Notes: generated by a model not told the origin, from the sequence alone. DNA of 58,041 nt from a virus (IMGVR_UViG_3300045996_002471:1-58041), one strand, 5' to 3'; counted from the first letter of the stretch, positions 25,124 through 34,435 are shown. Numbers and translations are program-made.

Positions 25124-25449
25124 CCGGCACCACCCTCGGCCAACAACTCGTCCAAGCTGCGCCGGGTGACCAGGGCATCGGACGAGTAGCGGGCGCGGGC
25201 GACCGACAGGGCGTGGAACAGGATGCTGTCGGCCGCCCTGCCGGACGCGGGCAGCGGCATGACCGCCATGGCGCGGTCGAACAGATCGGCCAGCGTGGTC
25301 TCGGCGTCGAGCATTTCCCGGTAGCGGGCGATGTGCTCGTCGCGGGTTTGGGCGGGGTGGTCGAGGATTTCGCTGAGGGCTTCGCGGGCGGCACGGACCT
25401 CGGTGACGAACAGCTTGTCGAACCCGCGCAGCGTCTTCGGGGCGCTCAT
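25120..25449 (-). CDS. Hypothetical protein
   Basis: Coupled. Confidence 0.55.
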   Translation of the reverse strand: MSAPKTLRGFDKLFVTEVRAAREALSEILDHPAQTRDEHIARYREMLDAETTLADLFDRAMAVMPLPASGRAADSILFHALSVARARYSSDALVTRRSLDELLAEGGAG

Positions 25450-25682
25450 CGGGCACCGTCGGCGTTGAGCTGTTCGGAGCGGGCGACCGCGCCGTCGAGG
25501 TTGTAGTGGCGGATCTGGCCGTTGACGGTCTCGTCGTACTCGAACGGCACGAACGCGCCCGGCTGGCGGCGGAGGACGCTGTAGGGCTTGTCGCCGGTGC
25601 CGGAGCAGGCGGGCTTCCACACTGGCGTGTCCTGGTCGGCCTTGTTCAGGTCGCGGAGGCGGTTGAACACGTCGGCGTTCAT
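25446..25682 (-). CDS. Hypothetical protein
   Basis: Coupled. Confidence 0.55.
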   Translation of the reverse strand: MNADVFNRLRDLNKADQDTPVWKPACSGTGDKPYSVLRRQPGAFVPFEYDETVNGQIRHYNLDGAVARSEQLNADGAR

Positions 25683-25845
25683 CGGACGGTCACCAGCTTC
25701 AGGGCGGCGATCTCGGCGCGGACCTCGGACCGCCAGCCGTTGCGTTCGGCTCGCTTGGCGTGGCGGGTAGCGACACGGGACGCGTGGGTGCGGTGCGCGG
25801 TCGCGGCGGCCAGACGGCCGGCGAGCGGCCCGGTCGTGGAGGTGG

Positions 25846-26310
25846 TCACCGGGTCACCTCGGGCATCGGCACCGCGTACGGGGACACCTCGGCGAGACCG
25901 TGGCAGACCAGGTGCAGCGTGCGGTCGGCGCCGTCGAGCACCGGCAGCTGGTGGGTCTGCTCCTCCGGGACGCCGGTGACGACGCTCATCCACGAGACGC
26001 CGAGCACGACCCGTCCGGACATGGTGGTGTACGCCTGGCGGACCAGGGCGCGCATGCCGTGGCCTTCGCTGATCACGTCGCCCGCCTGGATGGTGGCGGC
26101 GGCGATCGGGTTGCGGTGGGCGGGCGACAGCATCTGCTCGCGGCGGGTCTCGTGGGCGCGGCGGTCCAGTTCCCAGCGGCACTGCGGGGCGCGGGCGAGG
26201 GGCTTGGCGGCGCAGCGGGCGAGGAAGCTGGGGCTGAACTTGGCGAGGGCCTGCTTGGCGCGCTCGGCGACGTTCATGTCGCGGTTGTCGTCGGTGAGGG
26301 TGTGGCTCAT
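25846..26310 (-). CDS. Hypothetical protein, first gene after the duplicated early promoter
   Basis: GGGAG RBS + ATG. Confidence 0.6.
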   Translation of the reverse strand: MSHTLTDDNRDMNVAERAKQALAKFSPSFLARCAAKPLARAPQCRWELDRRAHETRREQMLSPAHRNPIAAATIQAGDVISEGHGMRALVRQAYTTMSGRVVLGVSWMSVVTGVPEEQTHQLPVLDGADRTLHLVCHGLAEVSPYAVPMPEVTR

Positions 26311-26344
26311 CGGGTGCTCCCGTGGTCCGGGGTGGTGTTCGCAC

Positions 26345-26380
26345 CGCCTACCTTACGCCTACCAACGCCTACAAACAAGC
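26345..26380 (-). promoter_or_regulatory. Early promoter/operator, copy 1
   Basis: 33/36 identical to 32853-32888; TTGTTT-17bp-TAAGGT; 3x CGCCTAC. Confidence 0.75.
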
Positions 26381-26408
26381 ACGAAGTCCGTGATCAACAG
26401 GACTCAAG

Positions 26409-26684
26409 TGCAGGGTCTGCAGGGTCTGGTCTCCAAAATGCAGGGTTTGACACCTAATGTGGAAACGTGCCCTGACCAGGGATATGCAGGGTGTGCAGGG
26501 TTTGCAGGGTTTGTTTTCTACCCCTACACATAGCGCGCACACACGCACACGCACACGGACCTCTCCACGGACCCCGCAAACCCTGCACACCCTGCAAACC
26601 GCAGGTCAGGAAGCACGTCGTCTGGCCCCGCAAACCCTGCACCCAGACCCTGCAGACCCTGCAGCGCCACCCGCAAACCCTGCA
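26409..26684. repeat. Iteron-type replication origin candidate
   Basis: 6x TGCAGGGT (26409, 26418, 26439, 26485, 26494, 26503) and 6x ACCCTGCA (26580, 26589, 26634, 26647, 26656, 26677) flanking a T-rich/GCACAC spacer; immediately downstream of the helicase. Confidence 0.8.
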
Positions 26685-26747
26685 GACACGACGACGCCCG
26701 GCAGCCGAACGCGCCACGGGACACCGACACCACCTGCTCCACAGTCA

Positions 26748-28328
26748 TCACTCCACGACCACCACGCGGTACCGCCACGTCTTCGTCCGGTCCTTCGCAC
26801 GCATCAGCTTCAGCCCGCGGCCCTGGTCATCCAGACCGAGCACAGCGCCCCGCTTGTCCGACAACTTCTTCCCAAGCGCTTTGGACGAGGTGAACTGGTC
26901 GATCCCCAGCGGAAGCTCCGGCACCGCCGCCGAACCGTGCTCGGACTTCAACGCCGCCAACACCTCGCCGGCGGTCGCGCCGTCGGCTTTGACCTTGCCG
27001 ATGTCCTCGAGCAGCCGGTACACCAACGCGAACTGTTCCCACTGCTGGGTCTCTTCGTCGACCTCGTCTAGCTGCTCGATGCGTCCGTGCATGAGGCCTT
27101 CGATGCCAGCGTTGCGGAGGATGCCGTCGATGACGCGGCACCAGGACTCGAACGAGGGCAGGATGGCGGTGCCTTCGGGTTGGCCGGCGGCGATCCATGC
27201 CTGCACCAGGGTGGCGAGGGCACCTTGGATGCGGCCGCGGTTGACGCGTGCCCATCGGTCGAGGTCTTTGTGGCGCCAGGTCGTGTAGTCGCGGGGGTGC
27301 GGTTCGATGCGCACGATCATGGAGCGGCGGGCCATCTCGGCGGACATGGACATGCCGTTGCCGGTGACGACCCACGCTGCCGGGGAGGCGAGTTCGATGT
27401 TGTCGGAGGTGCCGAGGATGCGGGCTTCCCAGGCGGGGTAGGCGGTGACGGCGGCGGCGAACGTGCCGGAGTCGATGGTGTCGTTGACGTTGTCGAACAC
27501 CATGACCGCGCGTCCCTTGCGGGCTTGGGAGACGAGGGCCTTGCCCCATTCTTCGCTGGTGGTGGGCGCGGTGGGCAGGGTGCTGTCGCCGACGGCGTGG
27601 CCGGTGACCATGCGGGTGAGCTTGGTCTTGCCGCTGCCGGCGGAGGGGGCGTCGAGGACGTACAGGGGCCGGGGCCCGTTGATGAGTTCGGTGACCATCG
27701 GGGTGAGCATCAGGCCGAGGAGCGCGGCCAGGTCGCCAGCCGGGTTGGTGAGGAGGAAGTCGCCGAGGAGGTCTTCACAGAGCAGCGCGAGCGCCTCTTG
27801 TACGTCGGTTTCGGTGGGCTTGTCGGGGATGTGGGGGACTTCGACGCCGCTCTCGGGGGCGAAGTAGGTAGCGGACTCCCAGATGTAGCCAGGCTGGTCG
27901 TGGTAGCCGCCGCGGCTGTCGAATGTGGGGCACATGGTGACTTGCTTGAGCCTGGGCAGGCCGAGCGCGTGGGCGCGGTCGTAGAGGCCTGACAGGTCGT
28001 CGAGTGCGGGTTTGGTGGCGACGAGCGCCCCACCCTTCTTGGCGTCGGTGCGCATGGTTTTGACCATGGCGACGACGCGGGACCGGAACGCGGAGGGGGT
28101 CATGTCGCGGAGTGCAGGGGCTTCGCCGTCGCGGCCGAGGTCGACTTCGACGAGGCGTCCAGAGCGGATGTAGACGAGCGGGTTGTGGTCGCGGGCGTTT
28201 CGGGTCTCGATGTGTTTGGCGAGTTCGAGTTCGAGTTCGTGGAGGTCGCGGTCGTTGATCACGACGACGGGCCGTTCTTGGGGTTCGGGGGTGGTGGGCC
28301 GCGCGGAGGCGAGGCGGAGGTTGTTCAC
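26748..28328 (-). CDS. SF3-like replicative helicase/initiator without primase domain
   Basis: Walker A APSAGSGKT; Walker B VMVFDNV; VTGNG; MARR; SFESW. Confidence 0.75.
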   Translation of the reverse strand: MNNLRLASARPTTPEPQERPVVVINDRDLHELELELAKHIETRNARDHNPLVYIRSGRLVEVDLGRDGEAPALRDMTPSAFRSRVVAMVKTMRTDAKKGGALVATKPALDDLSGLYDRAHALGLPRLKQVTMCPTFDSRGGYHDQPGYIWESATYFAPESGVEVPHIPDKPTETDVQEALALLCEDLLGDFLLTNPAGDLAALLGLMLTPMVTELINGPRPLYVLDAPSAGSGKTKLTRMVTGHAVGDSTLPTAPTTSEEWGKALVSQARKGRAVMVFDNVNDTIDSGTFAAAVTAYPAWEARILGTSDNIELASPAAWVVTGNGMSMSAEMARRSMIVRIEPHPRDYTTWRHKDLDRWARVNRGRIQGALATLVQAWIAAGQPEGTAILPSFESWCRVIDGILRNAGIEGLMHGRIEQLDEVDEETQQWEQFALVYRLLEDIGKVKADGATAGEVLAALKSEHGSAAVPELPLGIDQFTSSKALGKKLSDKRGAVLGLDDQGRGLKLMRAKDRTKTWRYRVVVVE

Positions 28329-28906
28329 GCTGCACCGACTTCCTGGACCGTGGTGTCGCCGGCGGCGATGCGGTGGCGGCGCCAGAGGTCCCGGAGTCGG
28401 TCGCGGTCACCGAGGACGTGTTCGTAGTCGTCGAGGCTGGCTTCTTCGGCGGCTTGGCGAAGTCGGGTGGCGTACTCCACGCCGGCGCGGCGGTAGGCGT
28501 TCTCGAGAACTGCGGCGGCCATCCAGTTCAGGTTCTCCGCGGTGGCGCCGAGCATGGCGTCGATGACGTGCCCGGTGAGTTCTTCGCGGTGGAGCTGTTC
28601 GGTGGTGTCCGCAGTGGTGAGTGCGTGCTGAAGGACGGCCGCGGCGCTGGGGGCGACGCCGCGTGTGACGAGTTCACGGATGAGGCGTAGCGCGTAGCGC
28701 TCGAGGGGGAGTGGCATGTCGTCGTCGGCGACGAGGCCGAGCGCGGTGCGCGCGTCGGTGAGCGTGCTTCTGAGGAGGCAGCCGATGAACTCGGTGGTGG
28801 GGCTGAGGATGATCGGCTCCCGATGAGCGTTGGGGGCATAGGCGAAAGGTGGCGCGGTCTGGTCGGCGGCGGTGTCCCGCGGCGGGTTGCTGGTCGAGCG
28901 GGTCAC
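28325..28906 (-). CDS. DnaB N-terminal-like domain protein
   Basis: EFIGCLLRS...LVADDDM...VLENAYRR pattern; adjacent to helicase. Confidence 0.55.
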   Translation of the reverse strand: MTRSTSNPPRDTAADQTAPPFAYAPNAHREPIILSPTTEFIGCLLRSTLTDARTALGLVADDDMPLPLERYALRLIRELVTRGVAPSAAAVLQHALTTADTTEQLHREELTGHVIDAMLGATAENLNWMAAAVLENAYRRAGVEYATRLRQAAEEASLDDYEHVLGDRDRLRDLWRRHRIAAGDTTVQEVGAA

Positions 28907-29005
28907 TGCGCACCTCCTGGGTTGGGGTTGGCGGGCGGGCTCCGTCGAAGGAAGTCCGCCCGCCGGGTTCAGCGGCTGGCGGTGGGAACCGCGTAGGTGG
29001 GCATG

Positions 29006-29368
29006 TCACATCACCTGCGCCCACGTCGCCTCGCGGACGCGGCGCACCATGCGCACGATCTGGGCGATCTGCGGGCGGATGGTGGTGGAGCGGAGGTCGT
29101 AGCGGTCCCACCACTCCATCGCCGCACCGATCTCGGCAAGCGCGGGCCGGTCGCCCCAGAACTCTGTCCGCCAGCGACGCCCGTCAGCAGCGGCCTGTTT
29201 TCGCCAGCCGGGTTCGAAGCGCTCGTAGAACTGGCAGCGTGGGCAGGTTGGGCATTCGACGCAGCAGGGTCCGCAGTCGGCGGGGTCGCAGCACGTGCCG
29301 AGCGGGCCTTGGCGGTGAGCGCCACAGCACACCGTCAGTTGGCCTGTCGGCACCAGCGTGCCGGTCAT
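29006..29368 (-). CDS. Cys-rich metal-binding protein
   Basis: CCGAH..CCDPADCGPCCVECPTCPRC. Confidence 0.6.
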   Translation of the reverse strand: MTGTLVPTGQLTVCCGAHRQGPLGTCCDPADCGPCCVECPTCPRCQFYERFEPGWRKQAAADGRRWRTEFWGDRPALAEIGAAMEWWDRYDLRSTTIRPQIAQIVRMVRRVREATWAQVM

Positions 29369-30279
29369 GCTTCGGCCACATCGACGACCTCGCCGTCCAT
29401 GAACAGCTCGTCTTCGAGAAGCCCGGCGGACACGCCAGCCTGTTCACCGGCCGAGCGCATCAACGGCGCGAAGTCCGCAGGCTTCTCGGCCGCGACGTCG
29501 CGGACCGCACGCAACTGCTCCCTCATGTACTCGGCAGAGGTGGGCACCCACTTCGCCAGCTGCCGGGTGGCGGACTTCAGCCACATCGCCGCCTCGTGGT
29601 TCTTCCACGGGCTGTAGCTGGTGTCGGCACCCTGGGAGGAAGCTTTGATCCGGTTGATGTCGGCGCGGTTCAGCACGACCACCTTAGAGGTCGCGCTGTC
29701 CTTCATCACGGCGTAGGCGTAGACGAGACGGAGTTCGCCGCGGTCCTCGGTGTCCCAGTCGATCTGGTGCAGGGGGCGTTCCTGTGGGCCCTGCCAGCGC
29801 GGTGGCTGCTGGGTGTCGAGCGCGCCGGGTGTCCACACGAACTGGTCCTTGGTGTAGACGCACTCGGCGATGACGCTGGAGATCGCACCGGCGCGGTACA
29901 TCAGCTCGATGAACCCCTGGTAGCCGACGATGCCGAGGATCTCATCTCGCCAGTTGTCCCCGACCTTCACTCGACGCGGGGTGAGGTAGTACTGCTCGGT
30001 GCCGGGTTCCAAGCCGAGGCGCGCGGCTTCCATGAGCGAAGCCATGAAGGCGGTGGGGTTGTTCAGTGCGGCCAGTTCGAGTTGGGTGATCTGCTGCTTG
30101 GGCTCCTGCGGGTTCGGGACGCGCTTGCCCTTCTTCAGTGCGCCCTGGGCCAGGCGGACCCACATGTCGGACTTGATGTGGGAGGGCAGCACGGCGCTGA
30201 AGTCCTGCGAGTGCTGACGGACCATCGCGCCGGGTGTGTTGCTGCGGACGGCGACGGCGGCGGTGATGGATTCGGTCAT
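29365..30279 (-). CDS. recT: RecT-family single-strand annealing protein
   Basis: AARLGLEPG..YYLTP; IVGYQGFIELMYRAG; AMWLKS. Confidence 0.9.
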   Translation of the reverse strand: MTESITAAVAVRSNTPGAMVRQHSQDFSAVLPSHIKSDMWVRLAQGALKKGKRVPNPQEPKQQITQLELAALNNPTAFMASLMEAARLGLEPGTEQYYLTPRRVKVGDNWRDEILGIVGYQGFIELMYRAGAISSVIAECVYTKDQFVWTPGALDTQQPPRWQGPQERPLHQIDWDTEDRGELRLVYAYAVMKDSATSKVVVLNRADINRIKASSQGADTSYSPWKNHEAAMWLKSATRQLAKWVPTSAEYMREQLRAVRDVAAEKPADFAPLMRSAGEQAGVSAGLLEDELFMDGEVVDVAEA

Positions 30280-31190
30280 CAGGCGGCGCTCACTTTCAGG
30301 CCAGCGGCCTTGCGGGGGGTGGCTTTCACGAACGGCGTGCCGCCGCCCTTCGACTGGCGCATGGCGATCTGCTGCCCGTCGAAGTAGCCGCGCTGCGCCG
30401 AGCCGAGGAAGTCGGCGAGCACGGCGGTGGCCCGCTGCTTCTCGTCCTTCGCGGCGTTGAACGCGTCGTTCGCGTCGAGATAGGGCACCGCGATGTCCGC
30501 AGGGACGTCCACGCGGGCGCCGTCGATGTCGGGGTGCAGTTCGCGGATCACCTCGTAGGTGGCGTCGTGCTCGTCGATCGACGGCCGCTGCTCCTGCTCG
30601 ACGGTGTCGAGGAACGCACGGACCTCTCGGCGCATGAACTCCGCCTCGTCGGGAGACGAGGTCACCTGGTACTCGCGGTAGTCGTTGCCGCCGATCAGCA
30701 CGGCGACGTGCGCCAGGTCGAAGCCGAACACGTCGAGGTACCAGAGCACCTGAGTGCGGTAGTAGACGGGGATCTGGTCGGTGCCGGGTTCACCCCAGCC
30801 GTCGTCGCTGCGCGCGGTCTTGGCTTCGAACAGCGCATCGGGGAGCAGGCCGTCGGGGTTGGCGATCTGCCACGGTCGGTCGGCGTGCCGCCACGTGCCG
30901 GCATCGACAGCCAGCGAAATTCCAGCGTCGGCGCGGCGGCGGTTGAACTCCTGCTGGATGACGTGTTCGAGCAGCTTGCCCCAGTACATCCCGTCGTTCT
31001 CGGTGACCGGGGTGGCGAGTCCGCGCTTGCGGTGCCACAGGCTGAAGCGTGACTCCCACGGCGACAAGCCGAGGATGGCAGCGACTTCGGAGCCTCCACT
31101 GCCGTTCGCGCGGGCGGCGTGCCATTCGGGCGTTCCGGGTGGGTAGTGGCCGACGAACTCGGCGTCGTTGATGCGGGTCATGGCGATCAC
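30279..31190 (-). CDS. YqaJ/RecE-type exonuclease
   Basis: EWHAAR..GSGGSEVAAILGLSPW; ANPDG; FEAKT; YRTQVLWY. Confidence 0.9.
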   Translation of the reverse strand: MIAMTRINDAEFVGHYPPGTPEWHAARANGSGGSEVAAILGLSPWESRFSLWHRKRGLATPVTENDGMYWGKLLEHVIQQEFNRRRADAGISLAVDAGTWRHADRPWQIANPDGLLPDALFEAKTARSDDGWGEPGTDQIPVYYRTQVLWYLDVFGFDLAHVAVLIGGNDYREYQVTSSPDEAEFMRREVRAFLDTVEQEQRPSIDEHDATYEVIRELHPDIDGARVDVPADIAVPYLDANDAFNAAKDEKQRATAVLADFLGSAQRGYFDGQQIAMRQSKGGGTPFVKATPRKAAGLKVSAA

Positions 31191-32044
31191 GCGGCCACCG
31201 CCTCGCGCTGTTGCCGCAACGGCCACGCCTGGTCGATGCTGACGGCCGCCGCCGCGGCGTCACCTGAACCGTCGAGCGCGGCGCCGCACGCGCACAGGGC
31301 TTCGTCGTCGGCCCATGTGCGGCACGGGAAGCGGTGGCCGGCGTTGTCCCACCAGGCGTGGTTCGCGGTGTCGCGGTCGACTCCGCGCTTGTACTCCTGG
31401 TAGTGGGTGGCCCATTCGCGATGCCAGGCGCGTTGTGCCCGCCACAGGTGACGGAGGTCCCGGCGTCCGACCTTGAACTTGTGGCGCTTGGCGATGGCGT
31501 AGGCGAGGCGTCCGGCTGCGGTGGCGTCGGCTGCGGAGTTGTGGGCGTCTTCCTCGGACAGCGGCACTCCGTAGTGCTCGCATACCGCGACCAGCTTGCG
31601 CGGGCCCTTGCGGTAGCGGTCGACGCCGCGGTCGATGACGAGCGGGTCCAGTACCGGCCCGGCGAGGGCGAGTGTCCGGTTGTGGTGGCGGCGGAGTTCG
31701 CGGTCGAGGACGGTGAAGTCGTAGGAGGCGTTGAACGCCACGATCGGATAGGTCTCCCGCCACGCGGTTTCGATGTCGTTGAAGAGCAGGAGCACGACGT
31801 CGGCGACTGGGTCGCCGTGGGTGCGGGCGTGTTCGGTGGTGATGCCGTGCACGGCGGTGGCTTCTTCGGGGATGTCGATGCCAGGGTCGGCCAGGTAGTG
31901 GCGTTCGGAGACGACGTTGCCGTCGGGGTCGAGTTGGACGAGGTCTGCGGTAACGATGCGCGCGGTGTCGGGATCGGGCCCGGTGGTCTCGAGGTCGTAG
32001 GCGACGAGGTGCCGCTTGTGCCACGGGACCTCCCTCTGCGACAT
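31187..32044 (-). CDS. DnaQ-like DEDDh 3'-5' exonuclease
   Basis: YDLETTG; AFNASYD; AHNSAADA. Confidence 0.9.
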   Translation of the reverse strand: MSQREVPWHKRHLVAYDLETTGPDPDTARIVTADLVQLDPDGNVVSERHYLADPGIDIPEEATAVHGITTEHARTHGDPVADVVLLLFNDIETAWRETYPIVAFNASYDFTVLDRELRRHHNRTLALAGPVLDPLVIDRGVDRYRKGPRKLVAVCEHYGVPLSEEDAHNSAADATAAGRLAYAIAKRHKFKVGRRDLRHLWRAQRAWHREWATHYQEYKRGVDRDTANHAWWDNAGHRFPCRTWADDEALCACGAALDGSGDAAAAAVSIDQAWPLRQQREAVAA

Positions 32045-32117
32045 CTCAGTGACTTCAGTGTGGATCAAGGTCACACCTCCTGGGCAGGCCAAGGACATGC
32101 GGAACGGCGGATGAAGG

Positions 32118-32594
32118 TCAGGCGGAGTGCGCGTGGTGCATGGGCTCGTCGGCACCGTCGAGGTACTCGATCAGTGCGGAGCCGGGGATCTTCCGGGGAT
32201 GTCCGCGTTCGAGCTGGTGGCTGCGAATTCGGCCGGAGTCGAGCAGCAGCAGCGCGGTCATGCGGGAGATGCCGAGCAGTTTGCGCAGGTCGGGTACGCC
32301 GTACTTGACCAGCGGGTCGACGACGGTCCGGTGGTCATGGATCCCGAGCTGCTCAACGGCGTGCGAGGGTGCGTCGAGGTAGGCGATCAGGGCGGCACCA
32401 GCGACGATGTAGCGGCCTTGTCCGCGGCCCTGGTCCGTGTTGCGCGCGGGCAGTTCGCCGTTGGCGATCAGGCGGCGGACGGCGTACTCGGAGACGCCGA
32501 GGGCTACGGCGGACTGCTGCACGGTGTACGCGACTTGCTCCAGCACGACCTGCCGATGGGTCTGAAGGACCTGTCGGGTGACGGCGGGGGACAT
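32118..32594 (-). CDS. Excisionase-like protein with two tandem HTH_17 domains
   Basis: YTVQQSAVALGVSEYAVRRLIANGEL...ALIAYLD and YGVPDLRKLLGISRMT...GRI...ALIEYLD. Confidence 0.7.
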   Translation of the reverse strand: MSPAVTRQVLQTHRQVVLEQVAYTVQQSAVALGVSEYAVRRLIANGELPARNTDQGRGQGRYIVAGAALIAYLDAPSHAVEQLGIHDHRTVVDPLVKYGVPDLRKLLGISRMTALLLLDSGRIRSHQLERGHPRKIPGSALIEYLDGADEPMHHAHSA

Positions 32595-32851
32595 CAGGCA
32601 GCGCCCAGCACGGCCTGCTCCAGCCGCGTCAGCCGCTCTTCCACGGTTCGCGGGGGGAGTCGGTCGTCGATCACCCGGTCGATCGCGGCGCGGGTCTCCG
32701 GGCTTGGCCGGCGGGCACCGAGTTCGATCGCTTGGATCATCTTGATGCTGATGCCGGACTGGTCGGCGAGGGCCTTGCGGCTGAGGTTGGCGGCGGCGCG
32801 CCGCCCGCGGAGGCTGGTCGCCCAGTCGGGCGGAGAGGCGTCGGAGGTCAT
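32594..32851 (-). CDS. Cro-like XRE HTH protein
   Basis: LSRKALADQSGISIKMIQAIELGARRPS; divergent from repressor. Confidence 0.85.
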   Translation of the reverse strand: MTSDASPPDWATSLRGRRAAANLSRKALADQSGISIKMIQAIELGARRPSPETRAAIDRVIDDRLPPRTVEERLTRLEQAVLGAA

Positions 32852-32852
32852 G

Positions 32853-32888
32853 CGCCTACCGTACGCCTACAAACTCCTACAAACAAGC
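32853..32888 (-). promoter_or_regulatory. Early promoter/operator, copy 2 (leaderless cro promoter)
   Basis: TTGTTT-17bp-TACGGT, 6 nt before cro ATG; CGCCTAC repeats. Confidence 0.75.
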
Positions 32889-32981
32889 GCTCTGCCTTCG
32901 GTGCGCGCCTGAACAGCGTATCCCGTACCAAGGCGACACCCCTTCGTGGCGTTAGGGCAGCCTTAGTGGAACGATGCGCGC

Positions 32982-33566
32982 ATGAGCAACGGGGAGCGCG
33001 ACCTCGTGGAGCTTGGACGTCTCGTCGCCGAAGGTCAGGGGACGGAGAAGGACAAGCCCTTCGCACGGCGTGCGGGCGTCAGTCCGGAACTGGTGTGGCA
33101 GATCAAGCATGCGCGTCGTCGAGACGGGAAGGACTGGGGTGGCCCGAGCGCGCCTCACGTCCAAGCGGTCGCGAGAGCTGCGGGTATCCCGGAGGACAAG
33201 GCTCTGCGCCTCGCTGGCTACAACCCCGATCGCTACATCACGCCTGTCGATGACGGTCCACCTCTGAAGTCCGAAGCGGTCCTCGTCCAAGAGATCCGGA
33301 ACCTGCCTGTGCCTGATCGCCGTGCGGTCGAGCAACTCGTCGGATCGTTGCGCGAACGCGCCACATTGGTGGACCGAGTCGACGCACTACTCCGCGAGGG
33401 CGGCTACATTGCGGCGGATGCGCCGAGGCCTGGACCGGGGTCTGGGGTCGAGGCCGAGCACGACGCCGAGGAACCGGGCAACGTGACGGGTCAGGCGGAC
33501 AGCGAGTTCGGCACGCCCGCGCCCAGTAGGGCGTCGGTCAGAGAATCGGGAAGTGCCGGTCACTGA
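32982..33566 (+). CDS. Immunity repressor (XRE-like HTH)
   Basis: FARRAGVSPELVWQI...VQAVARAAGI...ALRLAG; between cro and integrase. Confidence 0.7.
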   Translation: MSNGERDLVELGRLVAEGQGTEKDKPFARRAGVSPELVWQIKHARRRDGKDWGGPSAPHVQAVARAAGIPEDKALRLAGYNPDRYITPVDDGPPLKSEAVLVQEIRNLPVPDRRAVEQLVGSLRERATLVDRVDALLREGGYIAADAPRPGPGSGVEAEHDAEEPGNVTGQADSEFGTPAPSRASVRESGSAGH

Positions 33567-33834
33567 GGTTCAGCAGCGCGGTCACGTACAGGCCGCGTTC
33601 GGTCGCCGGGTCGATCGGCCCCAGCAGGGGCAGTCGGTGCATGGTGTACAGCGGCTGCCCGTCGATGATGCGGACGGTCTGCCCGAGACCGAGCAGGTGT
33701 TGGATCTGGGTGTCGTCGTGCCATTCGCCTCGTTCGATGAGGGCGTTGCGGAATCTGGCGCGGCTGCTGCAGGGGTCGGGGATGCCGTGGGCGTAGTCGT
33801 AGTCGGGGCTCGGTTGGTCGACCAGGTCGGTCAT
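33538..33834 (-). CDS. Hypothetical protein
   Basis: GAGGG RBS; convergent and overlapping with repressor 3' end. Confidence 0.5.
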   Translation of the reverse strand: MTDLVDQPSPDYDYAHGIPDPCSSRARFRNALIERGEWHDDTQIQHLLGLGQTVRIIDGQPLYTMHRLPLLGPIDPATERGLYVTALLNLSDRHFPIL

Positions 33835-34169
33835 GGCGGCGGTCCCTCTCGGCGGCGTCGTCGGCGTCGTCTGCGGGTCGCGCAGGCGGAGGAAGATATT
33901 TACCTCATCAAGCGCTTCTGTGCGTGTCAGTAGGTGACTCGCCCGGTTCGTCACAATGGCGTAGCCGGTTCACTGTCCTGGCTCAACTCTGGTTCATGTG
34001 CTCTACCCCGAGTGGCGGCATCCTGTCCGGTTTCCGCCCGTTTGCCGCGTAACCTTTGCGCCGTCCGGAGCGTTAACCGCTGTAGTGCGGCCCCGTTCGT
34101 GATCGATACCGACACGTTCCGGAACCCGCCGGCCACCCGCCCGGCCCGCAGATCCGCCGCCCCGCGCGG

Positions 34170-34421
34170 CCATGCCCTACCCGCGCTTTACACGCAGACG
34201 CTTCGTCCACAATGGTGTCTACGCACGAGCAAGCCAGGCCTGTTTTCCCAGCCCAGGCGCACAGGCGCAGTCACTCCCACACGGGCGTGGACACGCTGTC
34301 ATATACATCCTGATTCCATGTTACTTACGAAGAAGGTCCGACAAAGAGGCAGCTCAGAGCCATAGTGCTCCCGCAGTCGGGGCGTTAAGGTGGATGAAGC
34401 CATGCTTTACCCATGCTTAAC
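34170..34421. other. Candidate attP
   Basis: Tandem 11-bp arm-type repeats CCATGCCCTAC/CCGCGCTTTAC (34170-34191) and CCATGCTTTAC/CCATGCTTAAC (34400-34421) flanking an AT-rich core (~34296-34331) upstream of int. Confidence 0.55.
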
Positions 34422-34435
34422 CCTTGGAGGTCGCC

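Noticed and set aside
26369-27288. ORFs with CRVC/QTLQ repeats
   Set aside because: Translations of origin iterons or antisense to the helicase gene
32982-33566. Integration-dependent immunity (attP inside the repressor gene)
   Set aside because: Arm-type repeats point to 34.17-34.42 kb; no tRNA-like core or ssrA-like tag seen in the repressor
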